Source: a virus (Duplodnaviria > Caudoviricetes). From it: a stretch of DNA of 64,000 nt. Where the stretch lies: the IMG/VR virus record IMGVR_UViG_2974594478_000001, positions 11,240-75,239 of that record. One strand, 5' to 3'. The position numbers and the translations under genes were made by a program. Below the pieces are notes generated by a model, which had not been told where the DNA came from, ran no database searches, and saw nothing but the letters and a program-made list of their open reading frames with translations. This document shows positions 9,658 to 19,249 of the stretch, piece after piece (within the stretch, counting starts at the first letter, position 1; each line of letters opens with the position of its first letter).

Positions 9658-11634
9658 ATGCCAGAACTTCGCGTGGTATCTGCCATTGCAGATAAAAACA
9701 ACGTGGTTCTCTATCTGGAGAACGGTGATACACACACCGTTCCTCAGACAGACTACCGCCTCAAAGCATTGCTTGATCAAATTATTCCCATCACTGCTCG
9801 TGGACAGGTTGCCGTAGTCTCACTGGAACAGTTCAGTGTCTATGAAGACTTCACAAAGAAGACCAATGGATTCATAAGATTCCTGAAGGTCGCTAAGAGT
9901 GCTGTGAAAGGTTTCTTTGGATTGGATCCAGAAGAGGAACCAACCAAAGTCACAGTTACTGTGGAAACCCCCGCTGAATCAGTAAAGGAAGTCTCCAAAC
10001 CTACTGCTGAAGAAATCCTTTCCCAAGCTCAAGAGATTGGAGCCAAGGATGAAGTCTCTGAGGAAGAGACAATCGTAGCAGTGGTCAACACTGGTTCTAA
10101 GGATAAGCCCAAGGAAACTGTTATTCCCGGTGCTGAAGCACTTAAGGAACAGTTCGTCCATTCTGTAAAGACAGGTAACACTGTTGGAATGGAAAACTTC
10201 ATGAAGCGTATCAGTAAGATGATCGACAAGCGAGGTCACTCAGTTGAAGATCTGCTTCGCTTCATGGAACGTGGTGATCTGCCTGTAGCTGATGATGGGT
10301 CCATCATTGCCTATAAGATCCTAAAGCGTGCTTATAATGCACCTGAAGGAACCTATGTGGATTGCCACTCAGGTAAGGTATTCCAGAAGATTGGTTCCTA
10401 TGTCGTTGTGGACGAATCTCTTGTTGACAAGAATCGTCGCAATGAATGCTCCAACGGTCTGCACATTGCTCGCCGTGGATATCTGGGAAGCTTCTCCGGT
10501 GATGTCTGTGTACTCTGCAAGATTGCTCCTGAAGACGTAATCACTGTTCCGCATGGTGATCCGAACAAGGTTCGTGTCTGTGGATATCACATCCTGTTCC
10601 TGATCCCACAGGAGAGCTTCTACAAGCTCAAGAACAATCAACCCATGACTTCCAACCCGGAAGCCTCTGACATGCTTGCTCGTGCCATTGCTGGCAAGCA
10701 CGTTGGTAAGCTGGAGGAAGTCAGGATCACTGGTTCTATGGGTAATGGTCTCAAGATCACACCTCTGAATCCTGATGGATCCAAGAAGCAGGTAGAGGAA
10801 GTCTCTACCGAAGAACGCAAGAAAGCCAAGGCATTTGACGATGCTAACTCTGCTGCTGCCTCTGGTGTTGATCCAAAGGCAATCAACAAGCAGGTAGCTC
10901 AGGAAGAAGCCAAGGCTGAGGTTGAGAAGACTCTCTCCAACAAGGATAAGGCAGGTATCTACTTTAATGAAATGCGCAATGAAGAGAATCCTCTGAAGAA
11001 GCGCCAGAATTACGGTAGGGATCTCATGGTCCTGAAGGGTAAAGCCAAGGTTTCTTATCAGAAGCTTGGTCTTCCTGTTGATACTGCTGACCAGCTTGAG
11101 GCAATACTTGTTCTCAAGGATGAACCAGAGACGGTGGAAACTTCGAAGCCTACTCCTCAAGATGTACAGGAACAACAATATCTGTTCCATGTAGAGAAGC
11201 GTGACAAACATGGTGCAGTAGCTTCACCCCATAAGACTCGTGCTGAGTTCATTCAAGCTCTGTACAAGGACATGGCGAATGAATCTCTGCCTCTGTTGAC
11301 ACGTCAAAAGTCTGCTCAAGATCTGTTGGATATCAAGAAGAAAGCTAAGCTCTCTTGGGAGAAGCTTGGTTTCCACTTCGATATCCTGCAACTGATTACT
11401 ATGGTCCTTGCACTCAAGGAAGAACCGAAGCCACAGACGAAGGCTGAGCCTGCGAAGCAGGCGGACAAGCCGAAGGATGGGGCGAAGGGTCCATCTCGAC
11501 AGGAACAAGCTCGTGCCTTGTATGAGGCAAATGACTACCAAGCAGTCATTGAGCTTAAGAAGAAAGCCAAGGTAGGTTGGGATAAACTTGGCTTTACTGA
11601 GGACGAGGTAAAGGGAATTACCTCTAAGTCCTAA
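9658..11634 (+). CDS. rIIB: rIIB-like protein (N4 gp34-like)
   Basis: DGSIIAYK, CSNGLH, KIAPEDVITVP and KVRVCGY rIIB core motifs; follows rIIA. Confidence 0.88.
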   Translation: MPELRVVSAIADKNNVVLYLENGDTHTVPQTDYRLKALLDQIIPITARGQVAVVSLEQFSVYEDFTKKTNGFIRFLKVAKSAVKGFFGLDPEEEPTKVTVTVETPAESVKEVSKPTAEEILSQAQEIGAKDEVSEEETIVAVVNTGSKDKPKETVIPGAEALKEQFVHSVKTGNTVGMENFMKRISKMIDKRGHSVEDLLRFMERGDLPVADDGSIIAYKILKRAYNAPEGTYVDCHSGKVFQKIGSYVVVDESLVDKNRRNECSNGLHIARRGYLGSFSGDVCVLCKIAPEDVITVPHGDPNKVRVCGYHILFLIPQESFYKLKNNQPMTSNPEASDMLARAIAGKHVGKLEEVRITGSMGNGLKITPLNPDGSKKQVEEVSTEERKKAKAFDDANSAAASGVDPKAINKQVAQEEAKAEVEKTLSNKDKAGIYFNEMRNEENPLKKRQNYGRDLMVLKGKAKVSYQKLGLPVDTADQLEAILVLKDEPETVETSKPTPQDVQEQQYLFHVEKRDKHGAVASPHKTRAEFIQALYKDMANESLPLLTRQKSAQDLLDIKKKAKLSWEKLGFHFDILQLITMVLALKEEPKPQTKAEPAKQADKPKDGAKGPSRQEQARALYEANDYQAVIELKKKAKVGWDKLGFTEDEVKGITSKS

Positions 11635-11656
11635 ACTACTGGTTGTCCCATAAAAT

Positions 11657-11690
11657 AACTCCCCAACATAATTTCATGTTGGGGAGTTTT
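11657..11690 (+). terminator. Rho-independent terminator (possibly bidirectional)
   Basis: Perfect 13-bp stem AACTCCCCAACAT/ATGTTGGGGAGTT with A-rich 5' and T-rich 3' flanks. Confidence 0.8.
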
Positions 11691-11710
11691 CATTTTGAAA
11701 GTATTATGTC

Positions 11711-11977
11711 ATGAAGAACCAACAAGAAGAAAAAGACATGAATCTCCTGAAGCTCATCTCTGCACTGAACACCGATTGGGACAATAGAGCGGCATATATA
11801 AACCGCATCAAACAGACCGAACGAGTGACAGTATTTGCTGAAGATGGCACTGCTATTGAGAAGGACGTTGAGTTCTTCGTGAATTGGGAATCCATCAAAG
11901 CTGTTCTGGAACTGGTTCGTAAGAAAGCAGGACTAGAAGATGACTTCCGCGTATCGAGTGAACCGGAAAGCAAGTGA
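11711..11977 (+). CDS. hypothetical protein
   Basis: 88-aa ORF; exact start uncertain. Confidence 0.7.
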   Translation: MKNQQEEKDMNLLKLISALNTDWDNRAAYINRIKQTERVTVFAEDGTAIEKDVEFFVNWESIKAVLELVRKKAGLEDDFRVSSEPESK

Positions 11978-12242
11978 TGAGGATCTGATCAAGCTGAATA
12001 ACCTTGGTCTTTCCCTTCAGACTATTGCTGAAATTATTGGTTGCCATCCAACAACTGTGACCCAGAGACTCAAAGCACTGGGGATCCCAGTTGCTGACAC
12101 TCGACGGTCATTCATGGAAGATGTCTATAAGACATTGACCCAAGCTCAAAGGGATCATGTCGCTGAGAAGCTTGGGAACACCACAACAATTAAAGAATAT
12201 GTTCGAAAACTCATTCTCAACGATTATCTAGGATCGCAATAA
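11940..12242 (+). CDS. HTH DNA-binding protein (N4 gp35-like)
   Basis: LSLQTIAEIIGCHPTTVTQRLKALGI helix-turn-helix; synteny before the NTP pyrophosphatase. Confidence 0.75.
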   Translation: MTSAYRVNRKASDEDLIKLNNLGLSLQTIAEIIGCHPTTVTQRLKALGIPVADTRRSFMEDVYKTLTQAQRDHVAEKLGNTTTIKEYVRKLILNDYLGSQ

Positions 12243-12700
12243 TGCGGGAAGTTCACACCCTACAAGATACCAAACGATGGATGGAGAAGGCTATTCCCTC
12301 TCCTGAGATTAAGAACATCCATACGCAAATGGGTGTGCACTTCGAAGAAATTGGTGAGATGGTTGATGCTATCTCTGTCAAGGATCGCCTTACAGCAGAG
12401 CTATTTGATGATCTCAAGCAATCACTATCTGTGTTGAGTCAACACCTTAAGACTCATTCTGATGTCGTCTATATCAAACCTGAAGATCGTCAGGACTATC
12501 TTGATTCTCTTTGTGATCAGATCGTCACAGCAGTCGGTTGTGCCCACAACTCTGGCTTTGATATTGTCAATGCCATGAACGAGGTCAATCGTTCGAATTT
12601 CTCGAAATTTGATGAGGGCGGTTATCCCATTTTTGACGAGAACCGAAAAATCATCAAAGGACCAAATTATAGCAAGGCAGACCTTGCACCCTTTATCTAA
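12242..12700 (+). CDS. MazG/PRA-PH-like NTP pyrophosphohydrolase (N4 gp36-like)
   Basis: HFEEIGEM, DSLCDQIVTAVG, EVNRSNFSKFD, KIIKGPNY motifs. Confidence 0.85.
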   Translation: MREVHTLQDTKRWMEKAIPSPEIKNIHTQMGVHFEEIGEMVDAISVKDRLTAELFDDLKQSLSVLSQHLKTHSDVVYIKPEDRQDYLDSLCDQIVTAVGCAHNSGFDIVNAMNEVNRSNFSKFDEGGYPIFDENRKIIKGPNYSKADLAPFI

Positions 12701-12766
12701 ATTTGCTACCACCAACTTAGGCTGTTCTCGACAGTCTGGATTGCGGTGAGTGTGGCGTGAAGAGAG

Positions 12767-12799
12767 AACCTCCTTGAGAAATCGGGGAGGTTTTCTTTT
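12767..12799 (+). terminator. Rho-independent terminator
   Basis: AACCTCCTT/GGGGAGGTT stem plus TTCTTTT. Confidence 0.7.
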
Positions 12800-12828
12800 A
12801 TAAGCAATCCCTTATGGAGAATTTCCAA

Positions 12829-14112
12829 ATGGCAGAATTGAACCAAGGACAGAGAGAAGCAGCGGAAGCCTTCTTTCAGTTCCTTTTCCAGCAAGGCAAA
12901 GGCTTTATCATCAGTGGTGCTGCTGGTGTTGGTAAGACCTTCACGATGTCACATATCATTGACATTATCATGCCTCAGTATTTCGAGACCTGTAAGCTCA
13001 TGGGTATCGAGCCTGAGTATGAAGAAGTCGTAATGACTGCTACGACTAACAAGGCGGCAGAAGTCCTTGGGACTGCAACAAAGAGACCCACAGGCACAAT
13101 CCATTCCTTCCTCAATCTGAAGGTCCAGGACGATTTCACGACAGGGAAATCGATCATCACCAAGACTGTCAATTGGCGAGTCTATGAGCGTAAGATCATC
13201 TTCATTGATGAGTGCTCCATGATCGATAGTGAACTGTTCAATCTCATCCAAGAAGGCACCATTAAGAGTAAGGTTGTCTACGTTGGTGATCATAACCAAC
13301 TGGCTCCAATCTATGAGACCATTTCCCCTGTCTACAAGCAAGGGTATCCGTTCTACGAACTTACGGAACCAATGAGGAATAATGGTCAACCGGAACTCAT
13401 GAATGTTTGTGCTCAGCTTCGTGAGACTGTTGAGACTGGTGTTTTCAAACCCATTCAGATCAAACCCGGAGTCATTGATCATCTGGATCCAGATCAGATG
13501 CAACAGCATATTGATCAGATTTTCATTGGTCAGACGATGGAGAGTCGTATTCTCGCTTGGTCCAACAAGCAAGTCATTGCCTATAATGATCACATTCGAT
13601 CTCTGAGACAGCTTCCTGATCAATTCACTGAAGGTGAATACCTCGTCAATAATGCTGCTATTCGTGTTGGACGAGAACAGCTTTCTGTTGAAGATGAGGT
13701 AGTCCTCGAAAAGATCTTCAGCACTGAAGAGATTGAGGTGGTTAGAGATACAGTCATGAAAGTCATGAGTGTAGAACTCTCCACCAAATATGGAACCACG
13801 ATCAGTTGTAAACTTCCTGTGGATCGTGCTCATTACATGGCACTGATTGCTTACTTCAAGCGAACCAAGAACTGGGAACGGTTCTACTATCTCAAGAATA
13901 CCTTCCCTGATCTCAGACAGAGGGATGCTGCTACCGTGCATAAGTCACAAGGTAGCACCTATGATTCTGTCTTCATCGATCTAGGCAATATCAGCACTTG
14001 CAACTTTGAGAACCAAGTTGCTCGTATGCTTTATGTTGCCTTCTCTCGACCACGCAACCGCATATTCCTGTATGGCAACCTTGCTGATAAATATGGCGGG
14101 TTGACCTACTAG
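12829..14112 (+). CDS. SF1 (Dda/RecD-like) DNA helicase (N4 gp37-like)
   Basis: Walker A GAAGVGKT, IDECSM, VGDHNQLAP, ATVHKSQGSTY, LYVAFSR. ATG 12829 chosen for its GGAGA RBS (track start 12814). Confidence 0.92.
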   Translation: MAELNQGQREAAEAFFQFLFQQGKGFIISGAAGVGKTFTMSHIIDIIMPQYFETCKLMGIEPEYEEVVMTATTNKAAEVLGTATKRPTGTIHSFLNLKVQDDFTTGKSIITKTVNWRVYERKIIFIDECSMIDSELFNLIQEGTIKSKVVYVGDHNQLAPIYETISPVYKQGYPFYELTEPMRNNGQPELMNVCAQLRETVETGVFKPIQIKPGVIDHLDPDQMQQHIDQIFIGQTMESRILAWSNKQVIAYNDHIRSLRQLPDQFTEGEYLVNNAAIRVGREQLSVEDEVVLEKIFSTEEIEVVRDTVMKVMSVELSTKYGTTISCKLPVDRAHYMALIAYFKRTKNWERFYYLKNTFPDLRQRDAATVHKSQGSTYDSVFIDLGNISTCNFENQVARMLYVAFSRPRNRIFLYGNLADKYGGLTY

Positions 14113-14122
14113 GGAGGTCAGC

Positions 14123-14614
14123 ATGTCAATTCACCAGCTAAGTAAGCAACTAACGGAATTCATCTTTCAAATAGATGAGAAACGGTTGGAACAACAACTT
14201 GAGACCATCAAGAGTGAGGATAACAAGCTTGGTGGTCTCTGGTATGGATTCACCTACGGAGGTGAGATGTATACACATCTAGCCCCCAAACAGAGAAGAA
14301 ATGTACAGTTCAGGGAACTGGATCCATCACTACATCCAAAAATGCAGGATTATCTTTTAACTAAGAAAATCATGGATTTAGACAGAATCAAAGTCACACA
14401 GACTCTCTCTGCTATTCTAATTGGATGTACAAACTGGCAGGATGTTAGGGACTCTCTCCCGGAAGGAATCATTGAATTCATTCCACAGGTAAAAGATCTT
14501 CCTAGAACCAGAGAAGAAGCTTTTAACATCGTTAATAATGAGAGAGCTAAGCGTCAGTACGAAAAGAACAGCGCTATCATCGCTAAGTATCTCATGGCTA
14601 GGTATATGTTATAA
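14123..14614 (+). CDS. conserved hypothetical protein (N4 gp38-like)
   Basis: Lies between helicase and polymerase; CxxWQDVRDSLP and LPRTREEAF segments. Confidence 0.75.
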   Translation: MSIHQLSKQLTEFIFQIDEKRLEQQLETIKSEDNKLGGLWYGFTYGGEMYTHLAPKQRRNVQFRELDPSLHPKMQDYLLTKKIMDLDRIKVTQTLSAILIGCTNWQDVRDSLPEGIIEFIPQVKDLPRTREEAFNIVNNERAKRQYEKNSAIIAKYLMARYML

Positions 14615-17244
14615 TGCGATATCTCACCTATTCTGAACAAGAATCTTATCCTGTTTGCTTCTTGGTTCAACAGATCAAGAAGGATGAGATTCAGAAAGCT
14701 TACCTTGACCCATACAAAATCAACCATGATGATGTGTTGGTCATAGATCTTCATTTCTCCAACACTAAGAAAAAGACTCCAGTCGCAGAAATGAAAGCTT
14801 ATATCACTGAAGAATTAGCTTCAGTGCTGCATGACATGAAGACTGAGTACATTGTTGTCAATGACTCAGAATACTTCAAGGTACTTACCAAAAGCACCAA
14901 AACAGAACCTTTCCTTGGTTATGTATTGGATTGTGCATTTGGTCCTTGGAAAGTGGTCTATGTTCCAACCTTCAAAGCGATCTTCTATGATCCAGAGAAG
15001 ATCAATGCCAAGATTGCTCAAGGCATCACAGCATTACAAGCTCATAGAGGTGCAAGCTATCAAGCACCGGGAACTGGCATCATTAAGTTTGCTGCCTATC
15101 CTGAAACCTATGAAGAGATTGAAGCATGGTTGGAAAAGCTTCTGGAATATGAAGCTCTCACCTGTGATATCGAAGGCTTCAGCCTTAAGCATTATGATGC
15201 TGGTATAGGCACCATAACCTTCTGCTGGAACCAAGGAGAAGGGATAGCCTTTACAGTTGACTACAAAGCCCTACAGACAGCTACTGAAGGTCACTATGGA
15301 ACCAGTGTAAAGAATATCAGGATCCGCAGACTCCTGAAAAGATTCTTTGAACGATTCCAAGGGAAGATGATCTACCATAGCATTTCTTATGATGCTTATG
15401 TGCTAGTCTATCAACTCTTTATGGATAACATCCTAGACACAGCAGGATTGCTGAAAGGGATGGAAATCCTTCTCAGGAATTGGGATTGTACCAAGCTCAT
15501 TTCCTATCTCGCTACCAACTCCTGTGCTGGCAACAAACTAAGTCTAAAAAATCAGGCTCAGGAATATGCTGGTAACTATGCAATGGAAGAGATCGAGGAC
15601 ATCACCAAGATCCCATTGCCTGAATTGCTTCAATACAATCTGGTGGATGGTCTCTCTACTTGGTTCGTCTACAATAAGAACCATCCCAAAATGATTGCTG
15701 ACCAACAGCTTGAGATCTATGAAACGATCTTCAAGCCTGCCATTCTGGATATTGTCCAGATGCAGCTAACTGGTCTACCCATTGATATGGATCGAGTGAA
15801 GGAAGTGAAAGCTATCCTTCAAGCGGATAATGATGGTGCTACCTCAAAAATGCACGCATCACCATTGGTTCAGAAGTTCAATTATAAGAGACTTGAGGAA
15901 TATGTTAATCTCAAGAACTCTGAATGGAAGAAAAAGAGAACCACCATTGAAGAGACTCTACAAGAGTCTCTAACCAATGAAAATATTCGGGATGCAATCA
16001 CATTCAATCCCAATTCTGGTCCACAACTGATCAAGCTTCTTTATGAACAGATCGGTCTACCAGTCATTGACCTGACAGACTCCAAGCTACCAGCAACTGG
16101 TAAGGACACTATCAAGAGTCTCAAGCATCACACACAGGATCCAGTGGTACTGGAATTCCTAGATGCACTTATTGACTATATTGATGTGAACAAGATTCTC
16201 ACCAGCTTCATTCCAGCTTTTGAGAATGCCAAACAAGGTCCAGATGGGTGGTACTATCTCTTTGGGAACTTCAACCTTGGTGGAACGGTCTCAGGAAGAC
16301 TCTCTTCTTCAGATCCTAACCTCCAGAATCTTCCTGCAACTGGATCCAAGTATGCCAAGATCATTAAGACATGTTTCAAGGCACCTCCCGGTTGGTTGTT
16401 CTGTGGACTGGATTTCGCTTCTCTTGAAGATCGAATCTCAGCCCTCACGACCAAGGATCCAAACAAGCTAAAGGTCTACACTGATGGGTATGATGGTCAC
16501 TCCCTTAGAGCTTATGCTTATTTCGGTGATAATATGCCTGATATTGATCCAGATTCTGTAGAATCGATCAATTCAATACAGGACAAATACAAACCGGAAA
16601 GACAGGAGTCTAAAGCTCCTACATTCGCTCTAACCTATCAGGGTACATACAAGACCCTGATGAACAATTGTGGTTTCCCTGAGTGGAAAGCCAAAGACGT
16701 TGAGGCAAAATATCATGTCCTCTACAAAGTCTCAGATGACTGGGTTGCCTCTAAACTAGATCAAGCCTGTCAGGATGGTTATGTCACAGTTGCCTTTGGA
16801 CTTAGAGTCCGTACTCCACTATTGGCACAGGTTGTCCGAGGAACCAGCAAAACACCCTTTGAAGCTGAAGCTGAAGGGAGAACTGCTGGTAATGCTCTTG
16901 GTCAAAGCTGGTGCTTGCTCAATACAAGAGCGGGATCTGAATTCATGGGCAAGGTACGAAAGTCAGATTACCGACTGGATATCCGACCATGTGCACAGAT
17001 CCATGACGCCTCCTACTACCTGATCAGGGATGAAATCGAACCAATCCTCTACACCAATCAACATCTCGTTGAGGCGGTGAAGTGGCAGGATCATCCTGAT
17101 ATCTGGCATGACGAGGTTAAGTTGGGTGGAAATCTATCCATTTTCTACCCGGATTGGAGCAAGGAGTGTGAACTCCCAAACGACGCTACAATCGAACAAA
17201 TTCAAGGTGTGATCGGAAAGCATCTTGAAAAGCTTGCTGCATAA
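14614..17244 (+). CDS. DNA polymerase, family A (N4 gp39-like)
   Basis: Exonuclease DIEGFS; motif A GLDFASLEDRI, motif B RQESKAPTFALTYQG, motif C QIHDA; SGRLSSSDPNLQNLP. Confidence 0.96.
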   Translation: MRYLTYSEQESYPVCFLVQQIKKDEIQKAYLDPYKINHDDVLVIDLHFSNTKKKTPVAEMKAYITEELASVLHDMKTEYIVVNDSEYFKVLTKSTKTEPFLGYVLDCAFGPWKVVYVPTFKAIFYDPEKINAKIAQGITALQAHRGASYQAPGTGIIKFAAYPETYEEIEAWLEKLLEYEALTCDIEGFSLKHYDAGIGTITFCWNQGEGIAFTVDYKALQTATEGHYGTSVKNIRIRRLLKRFFERFQGKMIYHSISYDAYVLVYQLFMDNILDTAGLLKGMEILLRNWDCTKLISYLATNSCAGNKLSLKNQAQEYAGNYAMEEIEDITKIPLPELLQYNLVDGLSTWFVYNKNHPKMIADQQLEIYETIFKPAILDIVQMQLTGLPIDMDRVKEVKAILQADNDGATSKMHASPLVQKFNYKRLEEYVNLKNSEWKKKRTTIEETLQESLTNENIRDAITFNPNSGPQLIKLLYEQIGLPVIDLTDSKLPATGKDTIKSLKHHTQDPVVLEFLDALIDYIDVNKILTSFIPAFENAKQGPDGWYYLFGNFNLGGTVSGRLSSSDPNLQNLPATGSKYAKIIKTCFKAPPGWLFCGLDFASLEDRISALTTKDPNKLKVYTDGYDGHSLRAYAYFGDNMPDIDPDSVESINSIQDKYKPERQESKAPTFALTYQGTYKTLMNNCGFPEWKAKDVEAKYHVLYKVSDDWVASKLDQACQDGYVTVAFGLRVRTPLLAQVVRGTSKTPFEAEAEGRTAGNALGQSWCLLNTRAGSEFMGKVRKSDYRLDIRPCAQIHDASYYLIRDEIEPILYTNQHLVEAVKWQDHPDIWHDEVKLGGNLSIFYPDWSKECELPNDATIEQIQGVIGKHLEKLAA

Positions 17245-17287
17245 GTGGCATAAGAAATATCAACATAAGTTGGAAGGGATTGAAAAC

Positions 17288-17641
17288 ATGACTGAAGAAG
17301 TCAACAATGAAGAACGTCTCCATTATTATCTCATTGCCGGTAAGGTCATCTACCACAAGAAGGACATCCGCAATAAGACGGAGCAGCTTCAGATTGAACT
17401 GAATGGCATCATCAAAACAGGTGTTCAGCAGTTCAATCAGACCCAGATTGCTCGTGCTCAGCAGACACTTCAGATGCGTCTGATGACCGAGTTTGAGGAT
17501 CCAAAGAAGATCAAGGTCGTAGACGTGATTCTCGGGAGCATCAGTCACCTTGGTTATATGACCAAGGACGAATTTGCTCCACCAGTTCCTGAGACCCCTC
17601 TGGCTCAGATTGCCGACCTTCCTGTCAATGGGAATGCCTAA
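17288..17641 (+). CDS. hypothetical protein (N4 gp40-like)
   Basis: Ends in ISHLGYMTKDEF. ATG 17288 preferred over track start 17225, which overlaps the polymerase. Confidence 0.7.
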   Translation: MTEEVNNEERLHYYLIAGKVIYHKKDIRNKTEQLQIELNGIIKTGVQQFNQTQIARAQQTLQMRLMTEFEDPKKIKVVDVILGSISHLGYMTKDEFAPPVPETPLAQIADLPVNGNA

Positions 17642-17643
17642 GC

Positions 17644-18177
17644 ATGGCACATCTTGTCCTTATCAATGGGTATGCTGGGGCAGGTAAGGATACGTTCGTT
17701 GAGATGGTCTCTCAGGAACTAGACAAGCATGATATAGAGGTGAATAATATCTCTTCTATCACGCCTGTATGGTCACTTCTGAAAGACCATCTCTGCCTTC
17801 CAATGGATCGTAAAGGTCCAGAAGAACGTAAGCTTGCTGCTGAAGTCAAAGCTGCACTGGATAATTATCATTTCACAGCTACGAAGATGGCGCTTCATAA
17901 AGCATTAGAATGGTTTGGTTTTAATGAAAATGGAGTTTGCTTCATTCATATGAGAGAACCAAGAGCATTAGAGTTTTCTAAAACTTATGCTGAAAATGCT
18001 ATCCCCGGTAAATGCTCAACTCTCTTCATTGATCGTCCTCAGCCTAAGCTTAAAATTGGCAATGTTGCTGATGACTCAGTGAACGATTTTGAATATGATC
18101 GAAAGGTTCTGAATCATTTCGATCTGACACACTTAAAAGTGCTTGCTGAATCTTATGCAAGGCAGTTCTTGCCTTGA
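17644..18177 (+). CDS. P-loop kinase, probable deoxynucleoside monophosphate kinase
   Basis: N-terminal INGYAGAGKDT P-loop; FIHMREP motif. Confidence 0.6.
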   Translation: MAHLVLINGYAGAGKDTFVEMVSQELDKHDIEVNNISSITPVWSLLKDHLCLPMDRKGPEERKLAAEVKAALDNYHFTATKMALHKALEWFGFNENGVCFIHMREPRALEFSKTYAENAIPGKCSTLFIDRPQPKLKIGNVADDSVNDFEYDRKVLNHFDLTHLKVLAESYARQFLP

Positions 18178-18202
18178 ACCTGTGGATATCCCACTGGGAA
18201 CC

Positions 18203-18233
18203 AAGGAGAGGAATTGAAGCCTCTCCTTATTTT
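18203..18233 (+). terminator. Rho-independent terminator
   Basis: AAGGAGAGG/CCTCTCCTT stem plus ATTTT. Confidence 0.7.
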
Positions 18234-18262
18234 GTCTAAGAGCATTTCTCGGAGACCCTTTC

Positions 18263-19249
18263 ATGAAAATCACAAACAATACAGGCATCAGCCTGCCATT
18301 GGCAGTTTGGTTGTTGCATGACGAATATGATTACATCAACGAACCGAATTACATTTCGGCAACTCGTTTGCTTCGACCGCTCAAGCACATTGTTATGGCT
18401 CCGAGAGTTCCCAATGAAGTGAAAGAGATGGATATCTCTGAACTCATTGCTCGTGCATCTGGTCATGCTTACCATGCTGCTATTGAAAAGGCATGGCTCA
18501 ATGGGAACCATGTGAGACCACTGAAGCTGCTTGGTTATCCTGATCACGTCATTGGACGTGTATTAGTCAATCCGACTGAGGAAGAACTCGCAGCAAACCC
18601 TGATGCAATTCCTGTCTTCATTGAAAGACGTGCCATCAGAGAAGTCACTGTCAATGGAACTGTCTACAAGGTAGGCGGTAAGTTTGACATGTGTGCTGAG
18701 GGAGCACTCAATGACAACAAGTCTACATCTGTATGGACTTGGGTCTATGGTGGTCGTGATGATGAGCACAAGCTTCAAGGTTCAGTCTATAAGTGGTTGA
18801 ACCCCAAGATCGTTACGGAAGATTATATCCGTATCAATTACATCTTCACGGATTGGCAGAAACAAGCTGCTGCTTCTAATCCGAAATATCCTCAGAGTAG
18901 GCTCCTGAAGAAAGACATTCCACTTATGTCTGATCAGGAAACCGAAGAGTGGATTCGTTGGAAGCTCTCCATGGTTCTGAAGTATCAGAATGAACCAGAG
19001 AGTAGGATTCCAGACTGTACTGATGAGGAACTCTGGCGATCTGAACCACAGTTCAAATATTATGCTGATCCAAACAAGACCCAGAGAGCGACTAGAAACT
19101 TCGATACGCTCGCTGAGGCAAACGCATTCATGGCAGAGAAAGGTGGCAAGGGCATTGTCAAGACCTTCCCCGGTGAGGTGAAGCGGTGTGGATACTGCGA
19201 CATTGCTCCTATCTGCGAACAACGTAAGGGATATTTCCCAGATGATTGA
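18263..19249 (+). CDS. PD-(D/E)XK nuclease-like protein (N4 gp42-like)
   Basis: ISATRLL, GGKFD...DNKSTS...QGSVY nuclease motifs; C-terminal CGYC/C zinc ligands. Confidence 0.8.
   Translation: MKITNNTGISLPLAVWLLHDEYDYINEPNYISATRLLRPLKHIVMAPRVPNEVKEMDISELIARASGHAYHAAIEKAWLNGNHVRPLKLLGYPDHVIGRVLVNPTEEELAANPDAIPVFIERRAIREVTVNGTVYKVGGKFDMCAEGALNDNKSTSVWTWVYGGRDDEHKLQGSVYKWLNPKIVTEDYIRINYIFTDWQKQAAASNPKYPQSRLLKKDIPLMSDQETEEWIRWKLSMVLKYQNEPESRIPDCTDEELWRSEPQFKYYADPNKTQRATRNFDTLAEANAFMAEKGGKGIVKTFPGEVKRCGYCDIAPICEQRKGYFPDD

Noticed and set aside
14614-17244. Intron, intein or homing endonuclease in DNA polymerase, terminase or thyA
   Set aside because: ORFs are continuous and of normal length, with all motifs in order; no HNH, GIY-YIG or LAGLIDADG gene was seen.
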